DNA of 64,000 bases, taken from NCBI GenBank assembly GCA_964016885.1, contig OZ024740.1, forward strand, positions 423,026,001 through 423,090,000, written 5' to 3'. This document shows positions 42,113-53,866 of this stretch, in pieces. The DNA comes from Eledone cirrhosa. Its lineage: Eukaryota. The notes beneath the pieces are model-generated. The model was not told the DNA's origin, searched no databases, and saw only the letters and a list, made by a program, of their open reading frames with translations. The translations under genes were made by a program, and so were the position numbers. The first letter of the stretch is position 1. The number at the start of each line of letters is the position of its first letter.

Positions 42113-44682
42113 TCATCATCATCATCATTTAACGTCCATCTTCCACGCTAGCATGGGTCTGGACAGGAATTGTCCCACTTGAGGCAAGATTGGTTGTCTT
42201 GATCAGGACTGTCTGGCGGGTTTTCTACAGCTGGATGCCCTTCCTAACACCAACCACGTTTACAGTGTGGACTGGGAGGTTTTTACCGTGTTACCTATAC
42301 GGCCACATTACAGCGCGGATTGTGTGTTTTTTTGTCGAGACACCTACACGTCCTCATTTATTTAAGACTGGATGTTGTGGTACCAACATAGCTTTACAAT
42401 CGAAAGGGGTGGTGTAGATGGCGGTGGGGGTAGGGGTAGTGGGACGGGGTGTATTTTGGTTAAGAGGTGCCTACTGACTGTAGGTTTCGCTTTGTACTTA
42501 GGCCAGGCGGGTCTTCTGTATTACTACGTAGCGCCAACGATCTTGGTCCAGTGACAATGTCTTGGAGAGGTGTAAGTTTGTGAGGTCGGATTTTATTAAG
42601 TCGTCCCAGGTTTTTCTGGGTCTGCCTACTCCGTGGCTACCGTCTATTTTGATCGCCCTGCACTTTTTTATACAGCTGTCATCTTTCATGCGCATCACGT
42701 GACCATACCAACTTAGTCTTCTCTCGAGTAAACAGCATCTGACCCCTCTTATTCCTAATTTCTCACTTAGTTCATTTATGCTTTGCCGTTCGCGTATATT
42801 ACTATTACACATCCAACGGAGCATGCTAGCTTCGTTCCTCTCCAGTCTGCTAGAACCTCTGCACATAAGGCCCATGTCTCACTGCCATGTAACATCGCTC
42901 TTCGTATGCAGGCATCATACAGCCTGCCTTTTATTTTTAAGAGAGAAACCTTTAGTGGCCAATAGTGGTGTAAGCTCTCTGAACTTTTTCCATCCCGTTC
43001 GGACTCTAGCTACTGTACTTTCGGAGCACCCTCCACCACTGCTGATTTTGTCACCCAGGTAACGGAAGGTGTCCACTATTTCTATAGAACCATCTGGGTA
43101 ATGGAATGAGCTAGTATTCTGTGGGCATTTGCTGCTACTTATTGCACCAGAGCACCGGCCACATAAAATCTATATTCTTAGTTAGCTTACCTGTGATCCC
43201 ACTACATCTTTTATGAACCCATACTTTGCATTTGGGACATAAAATGGAGTTTCTGCCTACTCCTTTCCTACACACTGAGCATGGCCATTTCCCAGATGGG
43301 ACCAGTGCCCTATTTTCTTTCCTACATATTAAAACTTTAGTCTTAGACAAGTTAACTTTAATGCCTTTTGATTCTAGGCATTAATGTTTGGAATTTCTTC
43401 TCTAGTTCAGCCATTGATTCGGCTATGACCATTAGATCATCTGCGTATAGAAGTTCCCATGGGCAGCCGGTCTTGAACTCCTCCGTTATAGCTTGGAGGG
43501 TGATAATAAATAGGAGGGGGCTAAGGACGGAGCCCTGATGAACACCAACTTTTACGCTAAACTCTTTGTTAATTCTAACCTTGCTGACTGTTTCTTTATA
43601 CATGGCTTGTATAGCTCTGACAAGCCATACATCTACACCTAGTTTTCTAAGAGCCCACCAGATAATGGAGCGGGGGACTCTGTCAAAGGCTTTCTCCAGG
43701 TCTACAAAAGCTAAGTAGAGGGGTTTACTTTTAGCTAGGTACTTCTCTTGTAGTTGTCGTACAATGAAAAGAGCGTCTGTGGTACTTTTACCTGACACAA
43801 ACACGAACTGCATTTCATCTAGATCAATTCGTTCTCTGATTAGTTGCACTATTACTTTTTCCGTGACCTTCATGACTTGGTCAATTAATTTAATGTCTCT
43901 ATAGTTTCCCCTATCTAGGGCATCTCCTTTACCCTTGTAGCAGTTAATGATGATGATGCTACGCCAGTCCTTTGGTACGACCCCATTCTGTATTACTTGG
44001 TTAACTATCCTGGTGACCATAGTGTGACCATAGTGTGTTCTAGATGCTTTCAACCTTTCAGCAACTATTTCCGAAGGCCCATCCGCCTTGCCCGCCTTCT
44101 TATCTTTGATTGCCTTACTTATTATACTTTCTTCAACTTGCACTGCTAGTCCCTCTATTGGATCGATGTGGGGGAGACTGTCTTTCTCCCATTTATTCTC
44201 CTCATTTAGTAGCCTTTCGTAGTGACACTGCCAAGCTACCTTCTTATCAGCGTCAGTGATGGCAAGTACACCATCATCATTAAGGACACACTTCTCCCCG
44301 ACAATATCACGGTTCTCCTTGACACATTGTCTAGCAATCCTGAACACCTCACGTTTTTGGTCTTCACGTTGTAGAACATACTTGAACTTTCTTTCCTCTG
44401 CTTCCCTTCTTGCAAAGTACACTTGTCTCCTAGCTTCCCTCCTGGCCACTTGATAGTCTTCTCTACTTCCCCCATCCCGCCATACCTTCCAAGCCTGCTT
44501 TTTGGCCTTGATCGACTCCTCCACCTTACTGTTCCACCACCAAGTTACTCTCCTCCTGCTGATAGGTCTGCTCCAGCCACAGATTCATCTGTCGCCTTCA
44601 GCAAGTTAGCTTTCAGGAATTCCCACTGTTCCTCTATATTGTACGACTCTAATTGCTCTTCCTTACTGTCGAAAGCATCAAG

Positions 44683-44685
<3 letters not shown>
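42112..44685 (-). mobile_element. 5'-truncated RTE-clade LINE with (GAT)n tail
   Basis: ORF 43358-44524: YKGKGDALDRGNYR, FVDLEKAFDRVPR, GVHQGSVLSPLLF, LLYADDL. Cys-rich CSVC..CPKC..HKRC insert (43135-43350). C-terminal WYGHVMR..GRPRKTW (42498-42875). 3' end TGGACGTTAAATGATGATG at 42112-42139. Confidence 0.92.
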
Positions 44686-44740
<55 letters not shown>

Positions 44741-44742
44741 GT

Positions 44743-44835
<93 letters not shown>

Positions 44836-44836
44836 C
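44686..44836. repeat. Compound (TA)n(CA)n(TA)n microsatellite
   Basis: Direct reading. Confidence 0.98.
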
Positions 44837-45313
44837 ATATGAAAATATCCAGGACCCGACGGCTGAGCCCCGGCTGTTTCAACAGGTAGATCCGAACTAA
44901 AGCACTGGTATTTGAGCGGCGGGAATCTAGCTGAACTCCTCAGGGGTATAGTCCATATATGGGCAGGCAGTCTATGCAAAAAAAAAAGCCTTTAAAGTTC
45001 TCGGTGGTCAGTGATCGGGGTAGGTGAGTGTGAGGGGTGTTTACATTTGTTCAAATGTACATCTTGGTAAAGATAACTGGTTTAGTCCTGCCTTATCCCA
45101 ATAAATGTTTTGAATTATCTTGTTTTATTACACTCATGGCGGCAAGGAAAGAAACTAGACAGAATGATAAGTAGGAAAAAGTGGGTAACTAGACCTATTG
45201 ACCTGAAGATGTTAACCTTGCTAGTAGAGCACACACGCAATTAAGAGAGAATTCTACTTTAGCAAAAATGACATTGTACTTAGCTACATTAGGTTCAAAA
45301 AGAAAAAAAAACA

Positions 45314-45464
<151 letters not shown>

Positions 45465-46772
45465 CAGGGTGGGGCATAAAAACTGTTACAAAATAAAATG
45501 CAAATAGTTCTTGAAAAAAACATTTATTTCAAGATCTGATTTCAACAAATAGTAAGTAATATACTATTAAACAACTGCCTGCCCAAAAATTTATTCGAAA
45601 TGCTTTCCTCTAGCTCTCACTACTGCTCGAAGACTTGTAGGAAAGTCTTCGATGGCTGCACGAACAGTTTCCATGGGTATTTTCTCCCATACTTTATTCA
45701 GTTTTGATTTTAGAGTTTCAATATTTTGGTTAGGAGTAGAGCAGGCTTCACTCTCAAGAATTGACCATAAGGAAAAATCGGGAGGGTTGGGATCTGGTGA
45801 TGTCGGAGGCCACTCTTCCTTACTGATCCATGCAGGACAATGGTCTCTGCACCACTGTTGTGTTACGCAAGCAGTGTGGCTCGTTGCTCCATCTTGTTGG
45901 AGAGTCCAAATGTCATCGCCATAAACAGATATGCACCATGGCATCAGTGCTCCTTCCAAAATATCCTTTATGCAAAGTTCTTTGTTAATTTTAACTCCTT
46001 GAGGCACAAAAATCAGAGGAGACTTCCCTCTTTCAGAAATGGCTGCCCAAGCCATCACTGATGCTGGTTTCCCTGTTCTGAACACTTTTCCTACACTTGA
46101 AGGAATTGCTTTGAGACTTTTTGCAAGTAGTCGATCATTTTGATGATTGTGAGACTGCTGCACAGTGAATAACTTCTCATCTGTAAAGGTCATGTTTTAC
46201 AGCGTGCCATCCTTGATACGGTCCAATAACAGTTTACTTCTCGAGAGCCTATTTTCAATTGTGGCTGCAGAAAGAAGCTGCCTCTTTTGGAACTTATAGG
46301 GTGACATCCCCAGATCATCTCGACATATCCTCCGTATAGTCCTCGGCGATGTTTCTGCTTCTTCTGCCATTTTTCTCATGGACCTTCTTGGATTACGCCT
46401 TATTTTTTCCCTCACACTTTTAACAAGTTTTGGTGTTCTTGAGGTGCGAGGGTGTCCGGATTGAGGTCTGTCTTTGGGTTTGGAAGTGTCCTTAAATCGA
46501 TTAATTGTCCTTTTGATCAACATTCTATTGATCTTAAGAATTTTCCCCAGTTTAAATATCTTGGGTGGAGTCAGGCCTTTTTCATGCTTCTCTATAATGA
46601 ACTTTCTTTTCAATTCTATGGACATTGCAAATAGTTAATGGAGTAATTTTCTGAAAAATAGTTAATATGGTTATAGTGCATGGATTTGATACAAATATAT
46701 TGGTTATATTAACAACATAATGTAATTTTAAATTGATTTAAAACTTTGTAACAGGAATTATGCCCCACCCTG
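45465..46772 (-). mobile_element. Complete Tc1/mariner DNA transposon, DD37D (maT) family, 1308 bp
   Basis: 28-bp TIRs CAGGGTGGGGCATAAaaaCTGTTACAAA / CAGGGTGGGGCATAAttcCTGTTACAAA. TA on both sides within (TA)n tracts. Confidence 0.95.
45591..46625 (-). pseudogene. DD37D transposase (344 codons, one in-frame stop at 46197-46199)
   Basis: N-terminal HTH region with SGHPRT (GRPR-like). Catalytic FTDEK, QQDGATSH and WPPTSPDPNPPD, with 37 residues between the 2nd and 3rd Asp. ORFs 46197-46625 and 45591-46193 share a frame. Confidence 0.92.
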
Positions 46773-46806
46773 TATATATATATATATATCATTATTATTA
46801 TTACTA

Positions 46807-46928
46807 ATAATTGTTTCTACTTTAGGCACAAGGCCAGCAATTACCCAGTGTATTACTGGTACTTTATTTTATCGACCCCGTAAGGATGAAAGGCAAAGTT
46901 TACCTCAGCGTGATTTGAACACAGAATG
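46807..46928 (-). mobile_element. tRNA-derived SINE fragment with Nin/Deu-like core
   Basis: Reverse complement reads GTTCAAATC..CTTTGCCTTTCATCCTTACGGGGTCGATAAAATAAAGTACCAG..GCTGGCCTTGTGCC. Confidence 0.8.
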
Positions 46929-46964
46929 GCAATTACTAATAATGAGTTCAGATGAGTTCAAATC

Positions 46965-47135
46965 AGTCTGAGTTCAAATCCCGCCGAGGTTAACTTTGCC
47001 TTTCATCCTTACGGGGTCGATAAAATAAAGTACCAGTCACGCACTGGGGTCGATTTAACCGACTTTCCCCTCCCCCAAAATTGCTGGCCTTGTGCCTATA
47101 TAAGAAACCATTATAAAGTAGAAACAATTATTATT
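46965..47135 (+). mobile_element. tRNA-derived SINE fragment with Nin/Deu-like core
   Basis: B box GAGTTCAAATCC followed by GCCTTTCATCCTTACGGGGTCGATAAAATAAAGTACCAG and 3' TGCTGGCCTTGTGCC. Confidence 0.82.
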
Positions 47136-47562
47136 ATATATATATACACACACGCTTCTTCTATAACATTTTCTTACTCCTCTCTCTCTTTCATTGGAAG
47201 TCATCGGCTGTGTTCAAATCTAGAGGTGGATGGGCTCCACTAGCTTTAAATGACCCCCCCCCCCCCACATTATTATCACTACGGCGCCCATACGACTACA
47301 TCAGAAGTTAGGGTTCAAGTCATTTCGTTCAGGCAAGTTAAAGAAGAACGATAACTAGAGTAAATTAATGTTAGAGTTGTTTCCCTTTGAAGACAAATTC
47401 TTTCGCATATTTCTTTTAAGTTTGTAAACCAGGTATGCTCCTTTTTACCCTTTCCCACTGGTTTTTTCATTACTTAATTTTGTTTTTATCTTTTTTTAAA
47501 TATTTCCATCATTGTATAACTTTTGTAGTTGAGATAATAAACTTGAAAAATCCAATAAGTAG

Positions 47563-47765
47563 ATGTACAATATTGTACAATATTGTACAATATTGTACAG
47601 TATGGTACAATATGGTACAATATTGTACAATATGGTACAATATTGTACAATATTGTACAATATTGTACAGTATGGTACAATATGGTACAATATTGTACAA
47701 TATGGTACAATATTGTACAATATTGTACAATATTGTACCATATTGTACAATATTGTACAATATTG
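47563..47765. repeat. 10-bp self-complementary tandem repeat (TATTGTACAA)n, about 20 copies
   Basis: Direct reading, with variants TATGGTACAA and TATTGTACAG. The reverse complement of the unit is a rotation of itself. Confidence 0.97.
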
Positions 47766-48215
47766 TCACTGGACCGAGATCTTTGGCGCTACACAGTAAT
47801 ACAGAAGACCCGCCTTACCTAAGTACAAAGTGAAACCTACTACAGTCAGTAGGCACCTCTAACAAAAATACACCCCGTCCCACAACCCCCACCCAATCCA
47901 CATCACCCCTTTCAATGTAAAGTTATGTTGGTACCACAACATCCAGTCCGAAACAAATGAGGTCGTGTAGGTGTCACGACAAAAAAAAACACACAGTCCA
48001 CACTGCAATGTGGCTGTGTAGGTAACACGTTAAAAACCTCCCAGTCCCACACTGTAAACGTGGTTGGTGTTAGGAAGGGCATCCAGCCGTGAAAAACCGT
48101 CGGCAGTCATATGCGAGCAAATCAACCACTCTTGCCTCAAGTGGGAAAACTCCCGTCCAAACCCATGCAAGCGTGGAAGATGGACGTTAAACGATGATGA
48201 TGATGATGATGATGA
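47763..48215 (+). mobile_element. 3' fragment of the RTE family seen at 42112-44685
   Basis: TTGTCACTGGACCGAGATCTTTGGCGCTAC..CAGAAGACCCGCC matches the reverse complement of 42498-42560. Ends TGGACGTTAAACGATGATGAT. Confidence 0.9.
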
Positions 48216-48331
48216 TTGTACATCTACTTATTGGATTTTTCAAAATTGTACAATACTGGATTTTTCAATATTGTACAATATTGTACAGAAGTAGGCATGG
48301 AAAATTAAGTTATTTTACTTTATCTCTCCAA

Positions 48332-48407
48332 TTTCTTCTTCTTCTTCTTCTTCTTCTTCTTCTGCTTCTTCTTCTTCTTCTTCTTCTTCTTCTTCTTCTT
48401 CTTCTTC
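48332..48407. repeat. (CTT)n microsatellite, possibly the (AAG)n tail of a minus-strand LINE remnant at about 48408-48530
   Basis: The repeat is read directly. The LINE-tail interpretation is inference. Confidence 0.85.
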
Positions 48408-48992
48408 CTGACAGGGTCATGGGGTGCAGAGTCCTCAAACACTGCTTCCAGCAGGTCCTGACAGAAGCAACCGTCACCAACTGATCCGGTTCGATCCCCA
48501 GGTGTGACCATGGATGTTATAAAATCTATCCAGCGAGTTTTTCCTGAGACATTCTAACTATATGTCCATAGTATCGGAGCTGTGGTCTCTCAATTCGAAG
48601 AATTAGCGGCTCTACCTGGAGTGACTCTCTCATCTCTGAACTAGGCACTCTATTGAGTGACTTTACTTCAAAGACCCTTTGGAAGAACCCAATTTCGGCC
48701 GCTTTTGCATATTGAAATTATTAAAAAGCTTTCCTATAGCAGAATAACAGGTGGCCGGACTGGTGATGTTCCTTTAAAGTTTTATTGTTGCAAAAACACT
48801 ATATATATATTTCAATGGCCTGTTTACGTAAGAGCTTGACGATATCATCAGCTGTGGATTGCATAATTAGTTACTCTCTTCCCCTGCTCTCTCCCTCTCG
48901 CTCTCTCTCCCCCTCTCTCTCTTTCAAGCGTTAACCTAATATATTCCTTACATATACTATACCGATTGTATTGTTATTTCTGTTTACTTTTT

Positions 48993-49612
48993 ACATACAT
49001 ACATACATGGTGGCTGCCAACTCGTTTTCGAGTACGGCCACTACTTTATATCCATGTAGGAGAACCCCTACCGATGCGCTGAACAAGTGTGACCTTTTAG
49101 TCCAGCCAGCGACTTGAAAACTCTGGTACAAACACTACACTTGTGACAATTATTGAATATAGTGCTGGGCCCATGGTACCATGTGACGACAAGTGCAGAG
49201 AGATCTCCAGATATAAAGCAATGCCTGTGCCATGAAGCTTTTATAGTGAGCAAAGGCACTGCACAGAGCCAGTCCCACTCTCTTAACCAAGATGATATTT
49301 ACCAAAAAGAAGAACAAGTCAACATCATTGGATACCATCAGGGTTGCAGGTGTTATATCAGAGTTTTCCTTCTCCTAGAATTCTGCCTTGACAAAGACTA
49401 AGGGGTCATCTCTCCTGGTGATTTTGGATGGCCATTGACTCTTAAGAGCTCCTTTGCCCTTTGACAGGTTTTGATTTTAGTCCTGCAGGATGTCCAAAGT
49501 CACCCTCCTCACCAAGAAACCTTGGTTGGGTTGCCAGTTTAGTCGCTAACGACCCGACCATGAGACAGGTTGTACTGGGATACATGTTACCAGTACACCA
49601 GCTGGTGACCTG
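48993..49612 (-). mobile_element. Non-autonomous RTE-derived element, copy A, (ATGT)n tail
   Basis: Minus strand carries the RTE 5'UTR-like CTAGGAGAAGGAAAACTCTGAT, then CSVCTRVFKSLAGLKGH (C2H2-like RTE C-terminus) and the 3' end TGGCCGTACTCGAAAACGAGTTGGCAGCCACCATGTATGT. Near-identical copy at 58990-59404. Confidence 0.8.
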
Positions 49613-52600
49613 ACATACATACATACATACATACATACATACATACATGATGGCTGCCCCTCGTTATCGAGTATGGCCATTGCACGAGAAAAAAAAACGA
49701 TAATAATAACAATAATAATAATAATTGTTTCTACTTTTGGCACACGGCCAGCCATTATCCCAGTGCATTACTGGTACTTTATTTTATCGACCCCGTAAGG
49801 ATGAAAGGCAAAGTTAACCTCGGCGGGATTTGAGCTCAGAATGGCAAGGGCCGTAACACGCACGCACATAAACATATCCACACACACGTTAGCAATTAAC
49901 AGTGCTGCGATCGAATGTGGCTTTTTAGCCCAGCCAATGATCTAAAATATCTTGCACAGAGTTGGCAACCAAAACATTCACGTATGCGATTCGAGATGCC
50001 TCAAAGGCAACTTTCCCCTCATATTCAGTCTTTCTCCATTTATTACGATCAGCAGCAATATTTTCCCATGTATCAGCAGAGGCTTTCAAGGAATCCTTAT
50101 ACCTCTTTTTTGATTTATGTGGAGGTCATTTTCCTTTAACTAACTCTCCATAAAAGAGTTGTTTTGGTATTCTAGAATCCTTCATCCTGGCAAGGTGACC
50201 TCTCCAACGGAGTTTTTGCTTAAGCAGTTACAGAAAGAGCTTTCCAAAATCTCGACATCACTGATGTGGTCCCGCTAGTGAACGCCATGGATTCGTCTGA
50301 GACACATCTGATGGAAACGCTCCAATTGCTTAAGGTGGTGTCGATATGTGACCCAGGTCTCGCAGGCATAAAGAAGAGAAGAGAGTACACATGCCTTGTA
50401 CACCTTTACCTTTGTCTTCTTGCATATGTCTCGCCGACCCCAGAGTCGCCTTTCTAGCTTTCTGAAAGCATCACTTGCTTTCCTAATCCTGAGTGGGATT
50501 TCATTATCAAGGTTGCCGTATCGATTGACAGTGCTTCCCAGGTAGACAAACTGATCAACTACTCCAAGTCGTTTACTATATACATAGATATTTGGTTCAC
50601 TGTACTGCTTACCGGGGGCAGGTTGGTACATGACGACGGTTTTCTTGAGACTGACAATCAATCCTAGAGCAGTGCAAGCATCAGAAAATATATTCAAAAT
50701 GTGCTGCATATCACTCTCTGTGTGCGCTACAAGATCGCAATCATCTGCATACAAGAGATCTCTTATGATTGATGTAAATTCTTTTGTTTTTGCAGCAAAG
50801 CGCCTGGTGTTAAATATGCTACCTCAGGTTCGATATCGGATGTAAACATCATGCTCGCAATTCCTGAATGCAATACAGAAAACCATTGCAAAGTATATAG
50901 CAAACAGCGTCGGTGCTGGAATATTCCCCTGTTTCACTCCATTTTTTACTGAGATAGGCTCCGACATGTTACAGATCCAAACCTTGTTCCATGCACTTCT
51001 CCTGGAGCTGTCTAGTTGAGAAGATCATATAAGTAGTGCCGCGCCCAGCACGAAGACCACATTGACTTTCAGGAAGAACACAATCTGCAATGTGTGTCAG
51101 AAGACGGTCCAGAAGCACCCTACATAAATCTTTCCCTACGACAGAAAGCAATGATATACCTCTGTAGTTCCCACAATCATTCCTGTTACCCTTTCCCTTG
51201 TACAAGACCACCATTACTGCATCTCTCCAGTCCTCAGGTACGGATTCATTAGCTCATATCCTGCCAAAGAAAGAGTGAAGATGTTGCAGAAGTCTCTCAC
51301 CACCATATTGTAGGAGCTCTGCATGTATGCCATCCATACCTGGAGACCTTCCACTGTTCAGCTTCGAGATAGCCACTGCAACCTCCACAAGCGTCGGAGG
51401 TTCTGCAAGAGCTACTTTGAAAGGACTTTCTGGAATGAGATTGAGGAAATCTTCATTGACGACAGACGGCTGATTGAAAAGCTCATGAAAGTGCTCTCGC
51501 CACCTTCATAGAATTCCTTGTGAGTTACGAAGAAGTTCTTTGCCATCCTTGTTGCGAAGCGGCGTCACCAGAGAAGACGGTCCATAAACTTCACACAAGA
51601 GACTGTACAACAGCTTTGTGTTATTGGAATCTGACGCAGTTTGTATCTCATCAGCCTTCTCACTCCACCACTGATCCTTCATCTGAGAAAGACTCCGCCT
51701 AACACGTGATTTCACATCCTTGAGTTCCTTATGCAACATATTCTTCTTCTGTGGTTTTGCCGTCAAGTAGCGTGACAGAGCACGCGTCTTATCAGCCAAC
51801 AAGTCTTCTATATATTCATCATTCTCATTAAACCAGTCTTGATGTTTTCTCTGCACCAATCCCAGAACACGCCTGCCTACATCATGAACCGACTTTTTAA
51901 GGGCCGGCCAATCCTCACCAAGATCTGCAACCTGCATATCTTCTCGGAATGTCCTCTTCACATTTTTATCCCTAAGACGAGCAGCATTCAATCTTCTGGG
52001 CAGGGTAACACCAGGAGCCCGAATTCTACGTTTAGTGATTAGTTTCACTTCTGCGCGTACCAGGCGGTGGTCCGTCCAGCACTCAGCTCCACGAAGAGCA
52101 TGAACACACTGCACATCCCATCTGTCACGCATCCTGACTAGGACGTAGTCCAAAAGATGCCATGCCTTAGATGCAGGATGCATTCATGTAGTCTTAAATT
52201 TGTTCTTTTGTTGGAACATGGTGCTGGTAACACACAGATCCAGCTCCTCACACATCTACAGCAGGAGCATACCATTGTTGTTACACTTTCCCACCCCATG
52301 CCTTCCGATTACATTCCATGAGTTAAAATCCCTACCCACTCTAGCATTAAAGTCACCAAGTACGATGACTTTGTCTGCCTGAGGGATATTTCTTAAAACA
52401 CCTTTCAAGGCATGAATTGTTGGAGCAATCACACTCACCAGGGTCGGATATCTTCCTTTGTCCAGCGGAATTCTCATGGACATAAGACGCTCACTAATCC
52501 CTACTGGGAATTCTTCTAATTTATCCACAAGAACAGTCTTAACAGCAAATGCTACCCCAGCTTCTCTTCTGGTTCCTTCATCTCTTCCTTTCCATAAGAA

Positions 52601-52894
52601 TGTATATTCTCCACAAAATTCTGTAAGATGACTATCTCCAGCTAACCTCGTCTCAGATAAAGCTACGATGTCAAGAGCGTAACGTCGAAGCTCCTTTGCA
52701 ACAAGAGCGGTCCTTCGTTCAGGACGTTCCAAGGAATCCCTGTCAAGCAGCGTCCGTTTGTTCCAGCAGCCAAGACTAAATGCCTTGTTTGGCTCTATTA
52801 CAGTGGCACAATGACGAGCGGGCCCAGGCTGGGATAACCTGGGGCCCCTGCCCTTATTGCCAATTATCTCTTTTATATTGTTTTGGAACATCAT
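49613..52894 (-). mobile_element. RTE-BovB-like LINE (EN + RT + C2H2), degenerate, with internal RT deletion and (ATGT)n tail
   Basis: EN: LGCWNKRTLLD, PERRTALVAKEL, ALSETRL, LGDFNARVG, MHPASKAWHLLDY, TDHRLV. RT: NYRGISLLSVVGK, PESQCG, GVKQG..APTLF, LYADD. The DxxKAFD region is missing near 50968. C-terminal CQLCARYFRSLAGLKSHIRSQH, stop at 49896. Tail at 49613-49690. Confidence 0.92.
49719..49856 (-). mobile_element. Nin/Deu-core SINE fragment inserted in the RTE-BovB 3' UTR
   Basis: CTGGTACTTTATTTTATCGACCCCGTAAGGATGAAAGGCAAAGTTAACCTCGGCGGGATTTGAGCTCAG, the same family as 46807 and 57371. Confidence 0.85.
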
Positions 52895-52912
52895 TGAATT
52901 GGGAAAAAAAAG

Positions 52913-52991
52913 TAATAATAATGGTAACAATAATAATAATAATAATACATACATACATACATACATACATACATACATACATACACACACA

Positions 52992-53072
<81 letters not shown>
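52913..53072. repeat. (AAT)n(ACAT)n(CA)n(TA)n compound microsatellite
   Basis: Direct reading. Confidence 0.95.
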
Positions 53073-53074
<2 letters not shown>

Positions 53075-53080
53075 TACGTA

Positions 53081-53194
53081 ATAAATTGTGGTCCGATGCA
53101 TCACTGATTCTTCGTTTTCCATATTATCATACTCTGCTCCGAGTATGATAATATGGAAAACGAAGAATCAGTGATGCATCGGACCACAATTTAT
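53081..53194. repeat. Perfect inverted repeat, 54-bp arms, 6-nt loop
   Basis: 53081-53134 is the exact reverse complement of 53141-53194. Loop TGCTCC. Flanked by (TA)n. Confidence 0.95.
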
Positions 53195-53248
<54 letters not shown>

Positions 53249-53438
53249 TTACATAATAAGCAACACAATATCATTATTTCATTACCAAAGGTTTCAAGAA
53301 ACTAGATGATTCTTGCAAGAAAACCTCAGCTCGTTCGACAGACGAAACAATTATATTGTGTTGTTTATTATGTAACTAAATAGCCCTGTACTATACATAG
53401 AGCACTCTTCTTTTCTTTACCTTTCCTGCGGAAATACT

Positions 53439-53516
<78 letters not shown>

Positions 53517-53519
<3 letters not shown>

Positions 53520-53628
53520 GGAATGAGTAGGACCCCGACGGCTGAGCTCAAGCCGTTTCGACGGCTAATTCCAGAATTAGCCGTCGAAACGGCTTGAGCT
53601 CAGCCGTCGGGGTCCTACTCGTTCCTAT
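53517..53628. repeat. Near-perfect inverted repeat, 55-bp arms, 2-nt loop
   Basis: ATAGGAATGAGTAGGACCCCGACGGCTGAGCTCAAGCCGTTTCGACGGCTAATTC-CA-reverse complement, with one mismatch. Confidence 0.95.
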
Positions 53629-53808
53629 TACCCACTCTACTACCCTAAGTATTGAGTACTTTGGTGCGTTATGGTCCACCTGGTTCCTTACCACATTTCC
53701 TTCGTTATATATATATATATACGTAGGTCCCGGGTTGAGTCGGGGATAACCACAGTAAGTAAGGTACTCAATACATGGCAGAGTAAAATATATTTATTGT
53801 ATAGAAGG

Positions 53809-53859
53809 AGCTTCTACAGGACTAGTACTGTTTCATTCCGATGAAATCTTCAGGAAGCT
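53809..53859 (-). ncRNA. Type I hammerhead ribozyme (PLE-associated)
   Basis: AGCTTC-CTGAAGA-TTTCATCGGAAT-GAAACAG-TACTAGTC-CTGTA-GAAGCT: CUGANGA and GAAA core, stems I-III, GUA cleavage triplet. Confidence 0.8.
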
Positions 53860-53866
53860 GGGTGTC

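Noticed and set aside
47435-47833. YNIVQYCTIL repeat ORFs on both strands
   Set aside because: Products of the palindromic 10-bp repeat.
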